Below, piece after piece: positions 17,713 through 27,827 of a stretch of DNA of 64,000 nt. Each line of letters opens with the position of its first letter. The stretch's first letter is position 1. The position numbers and the translations under genes were made by a program. The stretch comes from a virus (Duplodnaviria; Caudoviricetes). The stretch lies in the IMG/VR virus record IMGVR_UViG_2912101750_000002. One strand, written 5' to 3'. The notes beneath the pieces were generated by a model. That model did not search any database and was not told where the DNA came from. It saw only the letters and a program-made list of their open reading frames with translations.

Positions 17713-20424
17713 TTAAGGTACGGAGATCGAGAAGAAGCCGTTGTTCAGATCCAGCTTCACGGAGCCATCGGCGCTTTGCAGAAGGCCGGCCGTAACCGTG
17801 CCGATGTTGGCCACCAGAGACTTCAGCGTTCCGCCAGAGAAGGTCAGTGGTGTGCCTGTGTTCGTTCCGTCAGTGACGACGAACTTGCTGGCGTTGATAA
17901 TGAAGTTGGAGAACGGGGCGGCAGGATTGCCACCCGTAAATCCCGCCTCGATGACCCAGCCTGCAGACACCCACACATCACTTACGCTGGCGCGAACCTC
18001 GGCCACCATGCGCGACACGACATCGCCAGTCCCAGCCTCCGCCCTAAGCTGAAACAAGCCAGAAGCGGACAGACTGTCGACTGAGGCTGAAACGCCAGTT
18101 ACGGCAGTCGCGACAGCGGTAATCTCTCCGCCCAACTCCGTGATATCGGCAGTCAGTTCGGTAAACGCAGCCGCGTTGGCTCGCGCTGTTCTGGCTGCCA
18201 CAGAGTTGTCTTGGACTTGCCGACCCGCGTTCTCAGTTGCCGCGGCAGCCAATTGCGCAAGCTTGTCGCGGGCATCCTGCAACCCCAGCGACAGCGAGGT
18301 CAGGAAGTCCCTTATATCCTGCTGCGTCTGCGCCAGGTCCACCGACACGTCAAACACATCGGTCGGCGTCGACACCTGCCCCCACGCCGTAAAGAACGTG
18401 GCGCGAGGCGGGCTGGTGATGATCCTGTGGCGATACTCGTATGTCTTGCTAGGCAACACGCCCTCGGAGACGGTAAGCACCTGCACAGGCATTTCGGCCC
18501 GCTTGACGATGCTGTTCACGTACCCGCTGTGAATGCCCGATTGCGTGCCAGTCGTAATGATGGCAGTTCCACCGGGCGTGAGTGCCGCGGTAAAAGTGCC
18601 TGCCGTCAATACCGTCTTCACGTAAAGCGGGCTGTCAGGCGTCAAGCCAGTTGGCAAGGCGCCAGTCGTCGCTAGATAGAACAAGTCGCCAGCCGACAGA
18701 CTGTGGTTCGGCCAGGTGATGACACCTGGCGACGCTATCGATACTGTGACACCAACCGCTTCTGGGCGGTACTCGACGTCAACGGCGCTTACCGTCACGT
18801 CATCGAACGCATCCCACGAGAAACGAATAGCCGCCTTGCGATCGGTCGAGCCGGCCGTCTTAATCTGAACGCCGATGGCGCCAAAGTTAGAAGCTGACGA
18901 AGCGTAATCCGGATCGCCTGGTGGATCCGTCAAAACAGGAACCGTCACATAGGCGGTGCCGTCAAAAATACCCTCGCCGACTTCCTGCAGTGTCAGATAG
19001 ATATTGCGCGTGGCCTTGTCGCCAAACGGGCCAAGCCGCTTTTCCATAATCTGGAAAGTTCGCGTTCCGTAGGCTGCAGAATCCCACTCCACCCAACGCC
19101 CAACTTGGGCGTCGGCTAGATACTTCGGATTAATGCAGATTTCACCATTCGCCTGATAGCGGCTAGCCTTGAAGGCAATATCCGCCAGGCGATCAGCGAC
19201 GTCGGATCTGTTGACCGCATCATACGGAATTGAAACCGCAAGGCGCTCACCGTCCTCTGCTAATGCCGGGCCGTCGACCCGCACGGTGAATGGTGTCTGC
19301 GCATAGAAATTGCTGGGCTCGAAATATGTGCCAGCAAGCGTATTGATGAGTTCCGACTTCGTGCGCTTTACAGAGAACCGGAACGGCTCATCCACCATGA
19401 TATCGTCATCGGTGAATGTGAGCACCAATGATTGCGCGGCGCCAACAATAGGATATTCGCCAGAAGCGTCTTCGACCCATGTTGCAGCACACGCCTCAAG
19501 CAATGGCTGCATGTTCTGGTCATGCGTAACGCCCGATCCTGCCGCAGGGATAAGGCCGGCAGAGTAGCGCACGCCACCGCCAACCGTTTCATCGCAAATG
19601 TTAGCGGCAATCGTCCAATTAGCCAGCGGCAAACGCGATGACTTGACGCCCTTGCCAACCATCATCTCCGTACCGTTGAAGATGCCGCGCTCGAGCGCAT
19701 ATGCCATTAGCACCGGGTTTTCGGAAAACTCCCACGTGCTTTGATCGGACCAACGGTGCGAGCCGGAACCGCCAACGGTCGTGTCCTTGCGCCAGTCGTA
19801 AAGAGGTGCTCCCTGAACCTCAAAGAACGCATCCCACGGCTGCTGCAAATGCTCGCGATTGAGATACTGCGTGACAATAGCGTAAGCTATGCCCGCGCCC
19901 TTGTGCGCGGACGTCCAGCGGCCTGATGGATTGGATCTCGCAATCAGACCTGCATCGGCCGTTTGCGTCATTGTGCCTTTGTAGAGCTTGACCCATATTT
20001 CGGAATCGATGCCCTGAATCCTGAATCCGCGAGTGGTATCCTCGGTGCCGCCAAGCAGACACCATGCACCCTTGTAACGAACGCGCGTAATGCCTGTGAC
20101 AAGGAAATTGGAAAGAATATAGACGTCTTGAATGTTGCGATTGCCGGAGCCGAAAGCGTTACGGTAAACAAGGTGGCCAGCCGTTCCAACCTTTCCCATC
20201 GCAACGGAGCGCGACAGATCCTCACCATAGGCGGTGTCAAGCTGCGACGTCTGCGCTTGCGGCTTTGGCTGCGGGATAAGCGCGCCAATCAGATACTTGG
20301 CGGCAAGGCCGAGACCGAAGCGCGCAAGGCCGGCAAGGATGGTGGAGCCGCCAAGCCAGGATGCGACGCCACCCAGCCCGACCGCGCTGAACACAGTAGT
20401 GAACAGCGGGACAAGAAAGCCCAT
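17713..20424 (-). CDS. tail tip / host specificity protein (gpJ-like)
   Basis: 903 aa, LYDWR...WEFSENP motif, C-terminal coiled coil, position. Confidence 0.85.
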   Translation of the reverse strand: MGFLVPLFTTVFSAVGLGGVASWLGGSTILAGLARFGLGLAAKYLIGALIPQPKPQAQTSQLDTAYGEDLSRSVAMGKVGTAGHLVYRNAFGSGNRNIQDVYILSNFLVTGITRVRYKGAWCLLGGTEDTTRGFRIQGIDSEIWVKLYKGTMTQTADAGLIARSNPSGRWTSAHKGAGIAYAIVTQYLNREHLQQPWDAFFEVQGAPLYDWRKDTTVGGSGSHRWSDQSTWEFSENPVLMAYALERGIFNGTEMMVGKGVKSSRLPLANWTIAANICDETVGGGVRYSAGLIPAAGSGVTHDQNMQPLLEACAATWVEDASGEYPIVGAAQSLVLTFTDDDIMVDEPFRFSVKRTKSELINTLAGTYFEPSNFYAQTPFTVRVDGPALAEDGERLAVSIPYDAVNRSDVADRLADIAFKASRYQANGEICINPKYLADAQVGRWVEWDSAAYGTRTFQIMEKRLGPFGDKATRNIYLTLQEVGEGIFDGTAYVTVPVLTDPPGDPDYASSASNFGAIGVQIKTAGSTDRKAAIRFSWDAFDDVTVSAVDVEYRPEAVGVTVSIASPGVITWPNHSLSAGDLFYLATTGALPTGLTPDSPLYVKTVLTAGTFTAALTPGGTAIITTGTQSGIHSGYVNSIVKRAEMPVQVLTVSEGVLPSKTYEYRHRIITSPPRATFFTAWGQVSTPTDVFDVSVDLAQTQQDIRDFLTSLSLGLQDARDKLAQLAAAATENAGRQVQDNSVAARTARANAAAFTELTADITELGGEITAVATAVTGVSASVDSLSASGLFQLRAEAGTGDVVSRMVAEVRASVSDVWVSAGWVIEAGFTGGNPAAPFSNFIINASKFVVTDGTNTGTPLTFSGGTLKSLVANIGTVTAGLLQSADGSVKLDLNNGFFSISVP

Positions 20425-20451
20425 AGGTTATCCAATCAATGTGGGTGGCGG

Positions 20452-20871
20452 TCAGCCGACCTTGAAGGCGGCCTTAATTTCGGTTTGCGGCACAAACGAC
20501 AGTCCGCGTTCGTCCTTCACGGCAAAGCCGCGATCACAGATAAATCCGCAGGACAGCACGCCATCGCGCTCGATAACGCCAACATCTCCGCGCTGCGCCA
20601 TAAGCGTTGCTACGGGCTGGAATAGGCTTGCAAGAGCTGCCTCGACATCGGCAAAACCGCGCTTTAGCAGGATCTTAGTGGCGCCTGCCGGGGTGCTGTA
20701 TTTGCCGCCACGGATATCCTCTGCGGGATCAAAGCCGGTAACGGCGACAACTGCGTCCATCACGGTAAGCAGGCAATCGGACACGCCCCATTCGCCTGGA
20801 GTCTTTCTGTGCTCATTGACCACGCGCGCAAGGCGCCGGTCCCAATCGGGCAACCGGGTTAGGGTAAGCAT
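20452..20871 (-). CDS. NlpC/P60-like tail assembly protein
   Basis: WGVSDC...AQRGDV. Confidence 0.75.
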   Translation of the reverse strand: MLTLTRLPDWDRRLARVVNEHRKTPGEWGVSDCLLTVMDAVVAVTGFDPAEDIRGGKYSTPAGATKILLKRGFADVEAALASLFQPVATLMAQRGDVGVIERDGVLSCGFICDRGFAVKDERGLSFVPQTEIKAAFKVG

Positions 20872-21027
20872 GGGTTGTCCTTAGTGACGGGTGGCTAGTT
20901 GAACCGGAGACGCCGACGTCAACAGCCTGGTTGGGTATCGGCGGCACATGGCAAGGCTTAAGTTTAATATGCGCGAGCCCGACAAGCCGCTTAATGAGCA
21001 GTGGTGTTGGCCTCTTCACTGCGGCCC

Positions 21028-21594
21028 CTAGTCGAACGAGATGTCGAAACTCTCGTGCTGGACTTTCGAGGCGTACTGGAAAAACATATCGCCAGCCAAA
21101 ACCAATTGTTGATCTTCGTGGCTTGCCGTGCGGTAGCCGTCGCGATGGTTGGCGATGGCTCCAGAGCGCACGTTTGCGATTAGTTTCTGCTCACCGCTAT
21201 CGCGCGAGTGGTCGACTGTATCAATGAAGCCGTAGGCCCCAGGCTCGGCATGCAGAAACGAATGGTCATCAGGATCGAAATAGAAATCATAGACCGTCGT
21301 TGGCGCGTCCTTGTAGCCCTCATCCTCTATGAGCAGAAGCTTGTCAGGCGTTAGACCACTGTCGCGTTGCGCCACTAGCTCGACTGTAAACGTCGATGCA
21401 GCCGTGCCCAAGCCATATACGGGTTCGGACACGGTAATTATCGAGTTCGGCCAATAAAGTTGGCCGCCAATCGTTATGTCGCCCTTGCCGTTCCAGAAGC
21501 CGTAGGTTCCTGTGGTGCAGACGATCTTGACGCCCGATCGGATGATGGCCCGCCCTTCTTCAAGGACGTCCTGTAGACGAGTTGGGAAGGTCAT
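21028..21594 (-). CDS. minor tail protein (DUF2163-like)
   Basis: position; HEDQQ..GDMFFQY motif. Confidence 0.7.
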   Translation of the reverse strand: MTFPTRLQDVLEEGRAIIRSGVKIVCTTGTYGFWNGKGDITIGGQLYWPNSIITVSEPVYGLGTAASTFTVELVAQRDSGLTPDKLLLIEDEGYKDAPTTVYDFYFDPDDHSFLHAEPGAYGFIDTVDHSRDSGEQKLIANVRSGAIANHRDGYRTASHEDQQLVLAGDMFFQYASKVQHESFDISFD

Positions 21595-21622
21595 TAGTTG
21601 TCCCTGGGCTTGCCGCTGGCGC

Positions 21623-22228
21623 CTATTTGGGTATTTCAACCAGAGTGAACGAAGCCGTAGGCATCAAATCATCCGTAATGTCGAACGAGACGCACCGCAT
21701 ATTGGCAAGCGGATTCTTGAACCGGACAACGGCGCCTGCCGTGATGTATGACGGCACTGTAGGCTCAACGGTAATCGTCATCGTGTTGCTGGCAGCAACC
21801 GCACCCGTCTGAACACGAAACAGCGAATTATATTCGCCAGTCGTCGCCGAGATCAGATCGCCGGGACCGAGTGTCAAGCCGTTGTCGACGCTGTTAATCA
21901 CCAGCGAATTGCCGGTAATCGAAACCAGGTTGCCATTGTTCGACAGAGCCGTGTTGCCGGCATCACCCCAATAAGCTTGCGGCACGCACATGTGCTTAGG
22001 CGTGTATAGAACGGTTTGCAGGCCGCCCCGCGCAGCGTCGCGGAACGCCTCAACCAAGAGGCGCTCCGAGGCCCTAAGAGGCACTGTCTTCATGTTTATC
22101 TGCCAGACCGGATCAGCATACTCAATGACGGCCATAACCTTTTGGCCGGAGCGAGATACCGAGTCCGATCTGACGATTTGCGGATAGGCGGCCTGGAAGG
22201 GGACGGCGGGAAGTGCGATTGTGCTCAT
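21623..22228 (-). CDS. distal tail protein
   Basis: immediately downstream of tape measure. Confidence 0.7.
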   Translation of the reverse strand: MSTIALPAVPFQAAYPQIVRSDSVSRSGQKVMAVIEYADPVWQINMKTVPLRASERLLVEAFRDAARGGLQTVLYTPKHMCVPQAYWGDAGNTALSNNGNLVSITGNSLVINSVDNGLTLGPGDLISATTGEYNSLFRVQTGAVAASNTMTITVEPTVPSYITAGAVVRFKNPLANMRCVSFDITDDLMPTASFTLVEIPK

Positions 22229-24423
22229 CAGCTAACCATTCCTCGCTGTTTTGCTTCCCGCAGCGCTTTGACGACTTTCGGCGTAAATTCGCGGTCAAAC
22301 TTCTTGAGCGCGGCCGTAACCTGCTCGCCGGCATCGCCCTGACCGCCTTGAACTTGGATGGTGGGCGCGAAGGTGACTACCGGCGCAAATGCATTACCGC
22401 CACCGCCCGTAATAGACGGCACGCGCGGCACAATCGTCCCGCTCGTATTGGGTACGAACAACTCTGGCCGTTTCTCACCGACGATGTAAGGCTGGCCGGC
22501 AGAGACAGGGCCGCCATTGGCCCGCAACCCCAAAGCACCGATAATGCCTGGATCACTGCCGCCACCACTACTGCCCGTAAGCCAACTAAGCGCTCCGCCA
22601 AGTATGCCGCCACCGCCACCGCCTGCCGAACTTGCCTGCAGAATGGCGTCGACTAGATCATTCTCGATCTTGTCGATGATCTTGTCGAGAATGCTATTGG
22701 CAATATTGCCAAAGTCTTCCCACGATAGTTTACCATCCTCAAGAGCAGACCTAAGACCGTCGAACGCGCTTTTTATGACGTCCTTTTGTAGGTCGTACAT
22801 CTCCTGCGCTTTGCGCAGTTCGTCGGCTTGCCGTGCGTAGGCATCCGAAACATCGTCAATGGCCTTTACCTGAGCCGGTGACAGTTGCGCGTTCTGCCAG
22901 TCCTTATCGCCCTTCTTTCTAGCTTCCTCGCGGACCTGCTTGAGCGCGGTTTGCTCTAGGTCGAGCGATACCTTGCGCTTTTGCTGGGCATAGAATGATA
23001 AGCCCAACGCAGCCTGCTCTTCGGCTAGAGCAGCCGTGCGGTCCTTAATGTTCTGAATGTCCTCGGCGAAGCGGTCGTCGGCCGTTTTCTTTGGGGCGTG
23101 CGATTTAGGTGTCTTCGTCGGCTTAATGGGATAGTCTGCCAAGGATACCTGCTTGATAGCCGCTTGGCCCGGAGTGGGTATCTGCGCAAGGGCGTTAGGG
23201 TCTCCCGGTGTGCCCATCTGATAAGCGCGCGGTGAGCTATCCTGAACTGCCCCTGGCGATGAGGCCCTTATGGCATTTATCTGCGCCAGCACGCCCGCAA
23301 GCTGCTTCTCCACCACAGAGGTGTCGATGCCCATTTGCGTGTTGAACGCGATAGCTTCCTGCAATGCTTTAACGGTCTTTTGAAGATCGGCAATCTTCGT
23401 CTTTATAGGATCTGTGTCGACGTTCGACCCGCTCAAATCGATAAGGGGGTGCTCACGAAGCTTCTCAGAGAAACTGTTAATGTAATTTAGAACATCGGCA
23501 ACAGGCTGAAGCCGGTTTACGATTTCGTCAAGCTTGCTTAGGAATCCATCGAAATCAATCTGGTCAATAAAGTCCGCCATGGCAAGCAATGCGCTGCCGA
23601 AGTGCTTACTTGCCTCTGTGGAATCGTTGAATTTGCCAGCTGCCTTAACGAGAGAGTTTTGAAGAATTTCAAATCCCTGAGATATCGTGAAAACAGACCC
23701 GGAAAGCTTGTCATCCAATATAGACGAGCCAGCCTCGATTGCGTCGAAAAACGCCTTATTGGAGACCTTGCCAGATTTCACCAACTGCGTTAGTTCGCCG
23801 ACAGACCCGCCCGCTTCCTTTAGTCCCGACGCAGCAGCCTGCAACAGCGGCCGGAGACCGTCGATAAGAGAGTTGTACTCTTGCGCCTGGATAACGCTTC
23901 CGCCCATGGCTTGCGAGAGCTGCAGCAAAGCGCCACGCGATTCCTCTGCGCTTCCGCCCGTAAGGCGAAGTGCCTTGGCTACATTATCGGTAAATGTCGC
24001 TACTTGGCTCGAGTTTGCGCCCAACTCCTTTGAGGCCGAGGACACGCGGCTGTAAAGCGTAACCAACGACTCGAAAGGCGCGGCGTTCTTTTGTGCGCTG
24101 GCAAAAAGTTCGTCATAAACTTTCGTCAAATCTTGGCCCGAAAGGCCGGCGACATTGAGCGCATTCTGAATTTTGATTGCGCTATCTATAAGCGCCTGAG
24201 CACCGCTTATGCCACCTCCTACGCCAGCAATTGCTAAGCCCTTGCCAAGCAACCCACCTAGCGACGCAAACTGAGATGACAATTTCTTGTTCATCGCTGC
24301 AAAACGCAACTCGATTTTGCGCGCAGTTGAGTTTGTGTTGCTAAACGCTTTGTTCAGCGCGTTATTGTACTGCTTAACATCTGCGGAAAGCTGAACGACA
24401 AGGCGCTCTAAATCAGTTGCCAT
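22228..24423 (-). CDS. tape measure protein
   Basis: LLQLSQAMG..QAQEYNS; ANGGPV..YIVGEKRPE. Confidence 0.92.
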   Translation of the reverse strand: MATDLERLVVQLSADVKQYNNALNKAFSNTNSTARKIELRFAAMNKKLSSQFASLGGLLGKGLAIAGVGGGISGAQALIDSAIKIQNALNVAGLSGQDLTKVYDELFASAQKNAAPFESLVTLYSRVSSASKELGANSSQVATFTDNVAKALRLTGGSAEESRGALLQLSQAMGGSVIQAQEYNSLIDGLRPLLQAAASGLKEAGGSVGELTQLVKSGKVSNKAFFDAIEAGSSILDDKLSGSVFTISQGFEILQNSLVKAAGKFNDSTEASKHFGSALLAMADFIDQIDFDGFLSKLDEIVNRLQPVADVLNYINSFSEKLREHPLIDLSGSNVDTDPIKTKIADLQKTVKALQEAIAFNTQMGIDTSVVEKQLAGVLAQINAIRASSPGAVQDSSPRAYQMGTPGDPNALAQIPTPGQAAIKQVSLADYPIKPTKTPKSHAPKKTADDRFAEDIQNIKDRTAALAEEQAALGLSFYAQQKRKVSLDLEQTALKQVREEARKKGDKDWQNAQLSPAQVKAIDDVSDAYARQADELRKAQEMYDLQKDVIKSAFDGLRSALEDGKLSWEDFGNIANSILDKIIDKIENDLVDAILQASSAGGGGGGILGGALSWLTGSSGGGSDPGIIGALGLRANGGPVSAGQPYIVGEKRPELFVPNTSGTIVPRVPSITGGGGNAFAPVVTFAPTIQVQGGQGDAGEQVTAALKKFDREFTPKVVKALREAKQRGMVS

Positions 24424-24472
24424 TTATATCCGCCTGTTATATATAGAGGTGGCAACACCAAGGGGCTTGGAT

Positions 24473-24736
24473 ATGCGTATCAAAGGTTTGTTTGTGACTG
24501 CGGCTGTCGTCGCCATTGCCGTCCATTCGATGGGCGGACTGAAGCCGACGCCAAGCAAGGCTCAAATAGAGGGCTTTAGCCTTGTCCACGCTATTGGCAA
24601 TGCGGAGAACGTCGCTGCGAAGGGACTTCCCAAGTACGAATGCGAATCCATGAAGGTCAGCCTAAAGGCGGCTGCCGGCGTCCTGTCTGGCGGATCCGTG
24701 ACTTGCATACCAGACGAGTTTGCAGCTAAGCCTTAA
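24473..24736 (+). CDS. moron-like exported protein
   Basis: opposite strand inside tail operon, signal-peptide-like start, two Cys. Confidence 0.6.
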   Translation: MRIKGLFVTAAVVAIAVHSMGGLKPTPSKAQIEGFSLVHAIGNAENVAAKGLPKYECESMKVSLKAAAGVLSGGSVTCIPDEFAAKP

Positions 24737-24968
24737 GCCAGTCCCACAATTCATCTATTTCCTTGGCGGTAAGTTCGCCGTCATCTGACGAGTTGGCTTT
24801 AATGTAGCCATCCACGGCGGCAAGATACTGCCAGGGAGACATTTCATTGACCTGCTGCGGCGTGAACCCGATAGCGGCACCGGTTCCGTAAATGGCGGCA
24901 AACCTCAACTTTCCGTTGGGGAGGTCGTCAATTCGCTCTCCGCTGGATTTGCCGCTTCTGTTTCCCCC
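24726..24968 (-). CDS. tail assembly chaperone frameshift extension (gpGT-like)
   Basis: -1 frame open from GGGGGAAAC (24960-24968) into LRFAAIYG...MSPWQY. Confidence 0.7.
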   Translation of the reverse strand, partial: GGNRSGKSSGERIDDLPNGKLRFAAIYGTGAAIGFTPQQVNEMSPWQYLAAVDGYIKANSSDDGELTAKEIDELWDWLKA

Positions 24969-25288
24969 ACGCTCTCCTCCGGTGCGCCGGTTAGAGCGGC
25001 GCCAAGCGCAATCTGCGCAATGATGATGCTTTCTAGTGGCGGACGATCCTCAACGTAGGCGCGAACCTTTTTCAGAGCGTCAACGGGGGGCATGCCACCG
25101 CCGATTAGCCCTAACCGAATTACGTTGCTGATATCCTCAACTAGCCACTGTCCACTATGGAGTCTGTTCAGAACAACGTAAGGGCCAGCATTACATTTCT
25201 CTTGCAGCTCGGCCAGTTGCCCCCACGCCAGGCGGAAGGCATACGCGCCGTCCGCCCAGTCCATTTCAACGCGAGCGTCACGCGACAT
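24905..25288 (-). CDS. tail assembly chaperone (GTA gp10-like)
   Basis: FRLAWGQLAELQE, IRLGLIGGGM; after tail tube gene. Confidence 0.8.
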   Translation of the reverse strand: MSRDARVEMDWADGAYAFRLAWGQLAELQEKCNAGPYVVLNRLHSGQWLVEDISNVIRLGLIGGGMPPVDALKKVRAYVEDRPPLESIIIAQIALGAALTGAPEESVGETEAANPAESELTTSPTES

Positions 25289-25725
25289 TAGGCAGACGTC
25301 CTGACCATTTCTCCGTCAGACTGCATGCTAATAGTGATGGTCGCCCGCTCGCCGTTGTTCGCGCCAATCTCGAGCGATTCAACGTGCATTTTGCCGGTGT
25401 AGGTGTACGTCGTCGCGGGGAACTCAATCTCAACCTTGGCGTCAATGGAGTCGACGCTCTCGGCTGCATCCATCCAAGCCTCGATAGACTCGGAAGCAAG
25501 CACGCCCTGACCGCTAATCGACATAGACAGCGAGGCTGCATCGCGGCCAAGCCACGCCACAGCGTCCGGATCGTCACAGTCGGGGATTGTGACTTCGTTT
25601 AGCGCCTTGGTGAGCGTCAGTCCGCGCTGCGTAAGCCCGCAAGGCGCCGTGTAAACTGCGGGCGAAGCGCCGTCACTCAACATAATGCGGATTTTGCCGC
25701 CCTTGATGGTAGAAGCCTGTGCCAT
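25288..25725 (-). CDS. major tail tube protein
   Basis: PCGLT, PDCDDPD, SISGQGV, QSDG. Confidence 0.88.
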   Translation of the reverse strand: MAQASTIKGGKIRIMLSDGASPAVYTAPCGLTQRGLTLTKALNEVTIPDCDDPDAVAWLGRDAASLSMSISGQGVLASESIEAWMDAAESVDSIDAKVEIEFPATTYTYTGKMHVESLEIGANNGERATITISMQSDGEMVRTSA

Positions 25726-25746
25726 TTAGTGGCCTTTCCTGATAAG

Positions 25747-25771
25747 AAAAAGGCCCGCCGAATGGCAGGCC
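25747..25771 (-). terminator. terminator-like hairpin
   Basis: GGCCTGCC/GGCGGGCC imperfect stem plus T5. Confidence 0.5.
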
Positions 25772-25804
25772 GTAAGGTTGTTTGTTTTGGTGCCTTAAGT
25801 GCGC

Positions 25805-26200
25805 TTACGATTCTTCGATAAACGCCGTAAACCTAATCGAAGCATGCTTTGACGTGCCGTCGACAAGATAGTCAGTGCGCCAATGCTCCAATGAGACAAG
25901 CGCGGTATGCAGAAGGGTAAAGTCAGCGCGCATCGCCCTGCGAACAGCATCGGCGATCTTGCGCACCTCGTCTTGGCTGGCCGCTATTGACCATGCGTCG
26001 ATTTGGATAATTACCTCGCCGCCAGTGATGCAGTCCGTGTAGTCGGGTTGGTAACTTGACGGCCCCATGCTGACATACGGCTCCACAGCCGCCGCAGGAG
26101 GCACATCATAGACCTTTGCGCCCACCAGGGAGATAACGGTCGCATCCGCACGCAGGCGCGCGATGATAGCGCCTTGAAGATCAAGGACCGGATCCGCCAT
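25805..26200 (-). CDS. tail terminator (DUF3168)
   Basis: LQGAIIARL, VYDVPP, PYVSMG, QIDAWS. Confidence 0.85.
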   Translation of the reverse strand: MADPVLDLQGAIIARLRADATVISLVGAKVYDVPPAAAVEPYVSMGPSSYQPDYTDCITGGEVIIQIDAWSIAASQDEVRKIADAVRRAMRADFTLLHTALVSLEHWRTDYLVDGTSKHASIRFTAFIEES

Positions 26201-26648
26201 TGGCTACCTGCTTTGCTGACTTATTTATTGCACGGGTAATGCGTGACTTGGTTCTCTTGCGGAGCGCGCGAAACGACACGAAGAAAAATGGATGTGCCGG
26301 GATAGCGGGTATCTGCGCGCCCGCAAACTTGCCACCGGCAATATGCGCTTTAGTCCCAAATTCGACCCAGCGCGCGTAGAATGCCTCACTGTCACCGGCA
26401 TAAATGGTAATTGTTAATTTGCCGTCAGTCGACGTAACCGTGCCGATCGCCAGCGCCCCTTTTGGCGCATTTCCCCAAGTCCACGCGATGCTGTCCCGCA
26501 ACTCGCCACTGTCCACGGGAACCAGCGACTTCATGAGCGCAACCATCTCATCCGCGCCCTTGGCCATGGCCGCGCTAATGGCAACTTCGGCGGCCTTTGG
26601 CAAAGCCTTAAGCTTTTTATTGAGGCTGGCAAGGCCGAGAATTGTCAC
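26181..26648 (-). CDS. HK97 gp10-family neck/tail protein
   Basis: PVDSGELRDSI, YARWVEFGT, AHPFF. Confidence 0.88.
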   Translation of the reverse strand: MTILGLASLNKKLKALPKAAEVAISAAMAKGADEMVALMKSLVPVDSGELRDSIAWTWGNAPKGALAIGTVTSTDGKLTITIYAGDSEAFYARWVEFGTKAHIAGGKFAGAQIPAIPAHPFFFVSFRALRKRTKSRITRAINKSAKQVANGGSGP

Positions 26649-27037
26649 GACGCCTCGCCCTCAACCACCAAAAACTCGAGCCAGGCCCGATCCTCACCAG
26701 GATCAACAATGGTTTTTATATTGAACACCCGCGGCGACGCCCCATTCGCATCCTGCGCCTGCCGAGCATCAACAACACGCCAGTCCGTTCGGACAGCCCG
26801 CGTAGCGGCGCAGTTGCGAACGATAAGGTTGTATGGCTGCTTGGCCGACAAACGGGAAGCAAACACGCCCTCAACGTTCTGGCTACTGCCGTAGATTGGC
26901 TGGAGGCGTGCTGCGCATTCATACTGGTCGCCCCATTGGCCGCCGCCGGGAATGGGATTCCCGTACTCATCAGTTGAATCGCCACGCGCTTGAAATTTCA
27001 CGCGACAATTGAGTTGGCCACTGCGGGTTCTTGCCAC
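26645..27037 (-). CDS. head closure / head-tail adaptor
   Basis: GQLNCRVKFQ, DEYGN, FNIK. Confidence 0.82.
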   Translation of the reverse strand: MARTRSGQLNCRVKFQARGDSTDEYGNPIPGGGQWGDQYECAARLQPIYGSSQNVEGVFASRLSAKQPYNLIVRNCAATRAVRTDWRVVDARQAQDANGASPRVFNIKTIVDPGEDRAWLEFLVVEGEAS

Positions 27038-27201
27038 GGCTGCGGCTCCTCATTCTTGTTGTCTTTGCGCAGCCGTACAGCCCTGCCTGCGAGTACGGCC
27101 AGCGTGGCGCATCGTTGTGGGACATTGTAGTCGCCTGGCTTGTACGCCACCGTCGAAGACGGCAGGCGATAGTCGTATGGCTCAATAAACCTAACCCACA
27201 C
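26998..27201 (-). CDS. small head-module protein (start uncertain)
   Basis: WVRFIEPYDY..AYKPG..V...A..AV.AG.A pattern. Confidence 0.55.
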   Translation of the reverse strand: MWVRFIEPYDYRLPSSTVAYKPGDYNVPQRCATLAVLAGRAVRLRKDNKNEEPQPWQEPAVANSIVA

Positions 27202-27203
27202 GC

Positions 27204-27827
27204 TTACACCCTCATGAAGGCCAGCCATGTCCCCTCCACATGCTGGATTGGGCGGCCGGCGTCGTAATATTCTTCTAGGACTTCGCGCACGTCGACGGTG
27301 CCGAGGTGATGGTAGTCGTGCCAGGCAATGATGCCGCCAGGGCGCACAATGCGCGTGGCCAAGAGGGTATCCTTGACAACGCCAGCGCGTCCGTGATCGC
27401 CATCGATAAACACGAAGTCGCACTTGGGCAAATCGTCGGCGGCCAAATCATGCGAACCACGGCGCGCAATCAGCAGTCGGAAGCGCGGATCGTCCAGTGC
27501 GAAGTGCGCTGGCTGTTGAGGCACCTCGCGCCGTTGAACAGCCTTGTCTGTGACATAGCCTTGCGGCACATCAATGCCGACGTAGCGCTCAATGGTGTCA
27601 ATGTTTAGCATCAGCGCTTTGGCTGTGCGCCCTTCGTTGACGCCAAACTCAACAACGACCTTCGGCTTGGCCAAGCGCGCTAGCGCAACAACGGCTTCCA
27701 ACTCGCCAGGATTCATGAACCGCGTGTTAAGACCGGTTTTATCGATTGGCGTGCAGCCAATACTATCCTGCGTCACGGCCGGAATTTGCAGCGACAAAGG
27801 ATTGTAGAAGTTCGGTTGCGGCGCCAA
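27204..27827 (-). CDS. class I SAM methyltransferase (Methyltransf_24-like; start uncertain)
   Basis: VVEFGVNEGRT, DFVFIDGDH, WHDY. Confidence 0.85.
   Translation of the reverse strand: MAPQPNFYNPLSLQIPAVTQDSIGCTPIDKTGLNTRFMNPGELEAVVALARLAKPKVVVEFGVNEGRTAKALMLNIDTIERYVGIDVPQGYVTDKAVQRREVPQQPAHFALDDPRFRLLIARRGSHDLAADDLPKCDFVFIDGDHGRAGVVKDTLLATRIVRPGGIIAWHDYHHLGTVDVREVLEEYYDAGRPIQHVEGTWLAFMRV

Noticed and set aside
20813-21019. ORF or RNA between tail genes
   Set aside because: No recognisable motif or convincing structure
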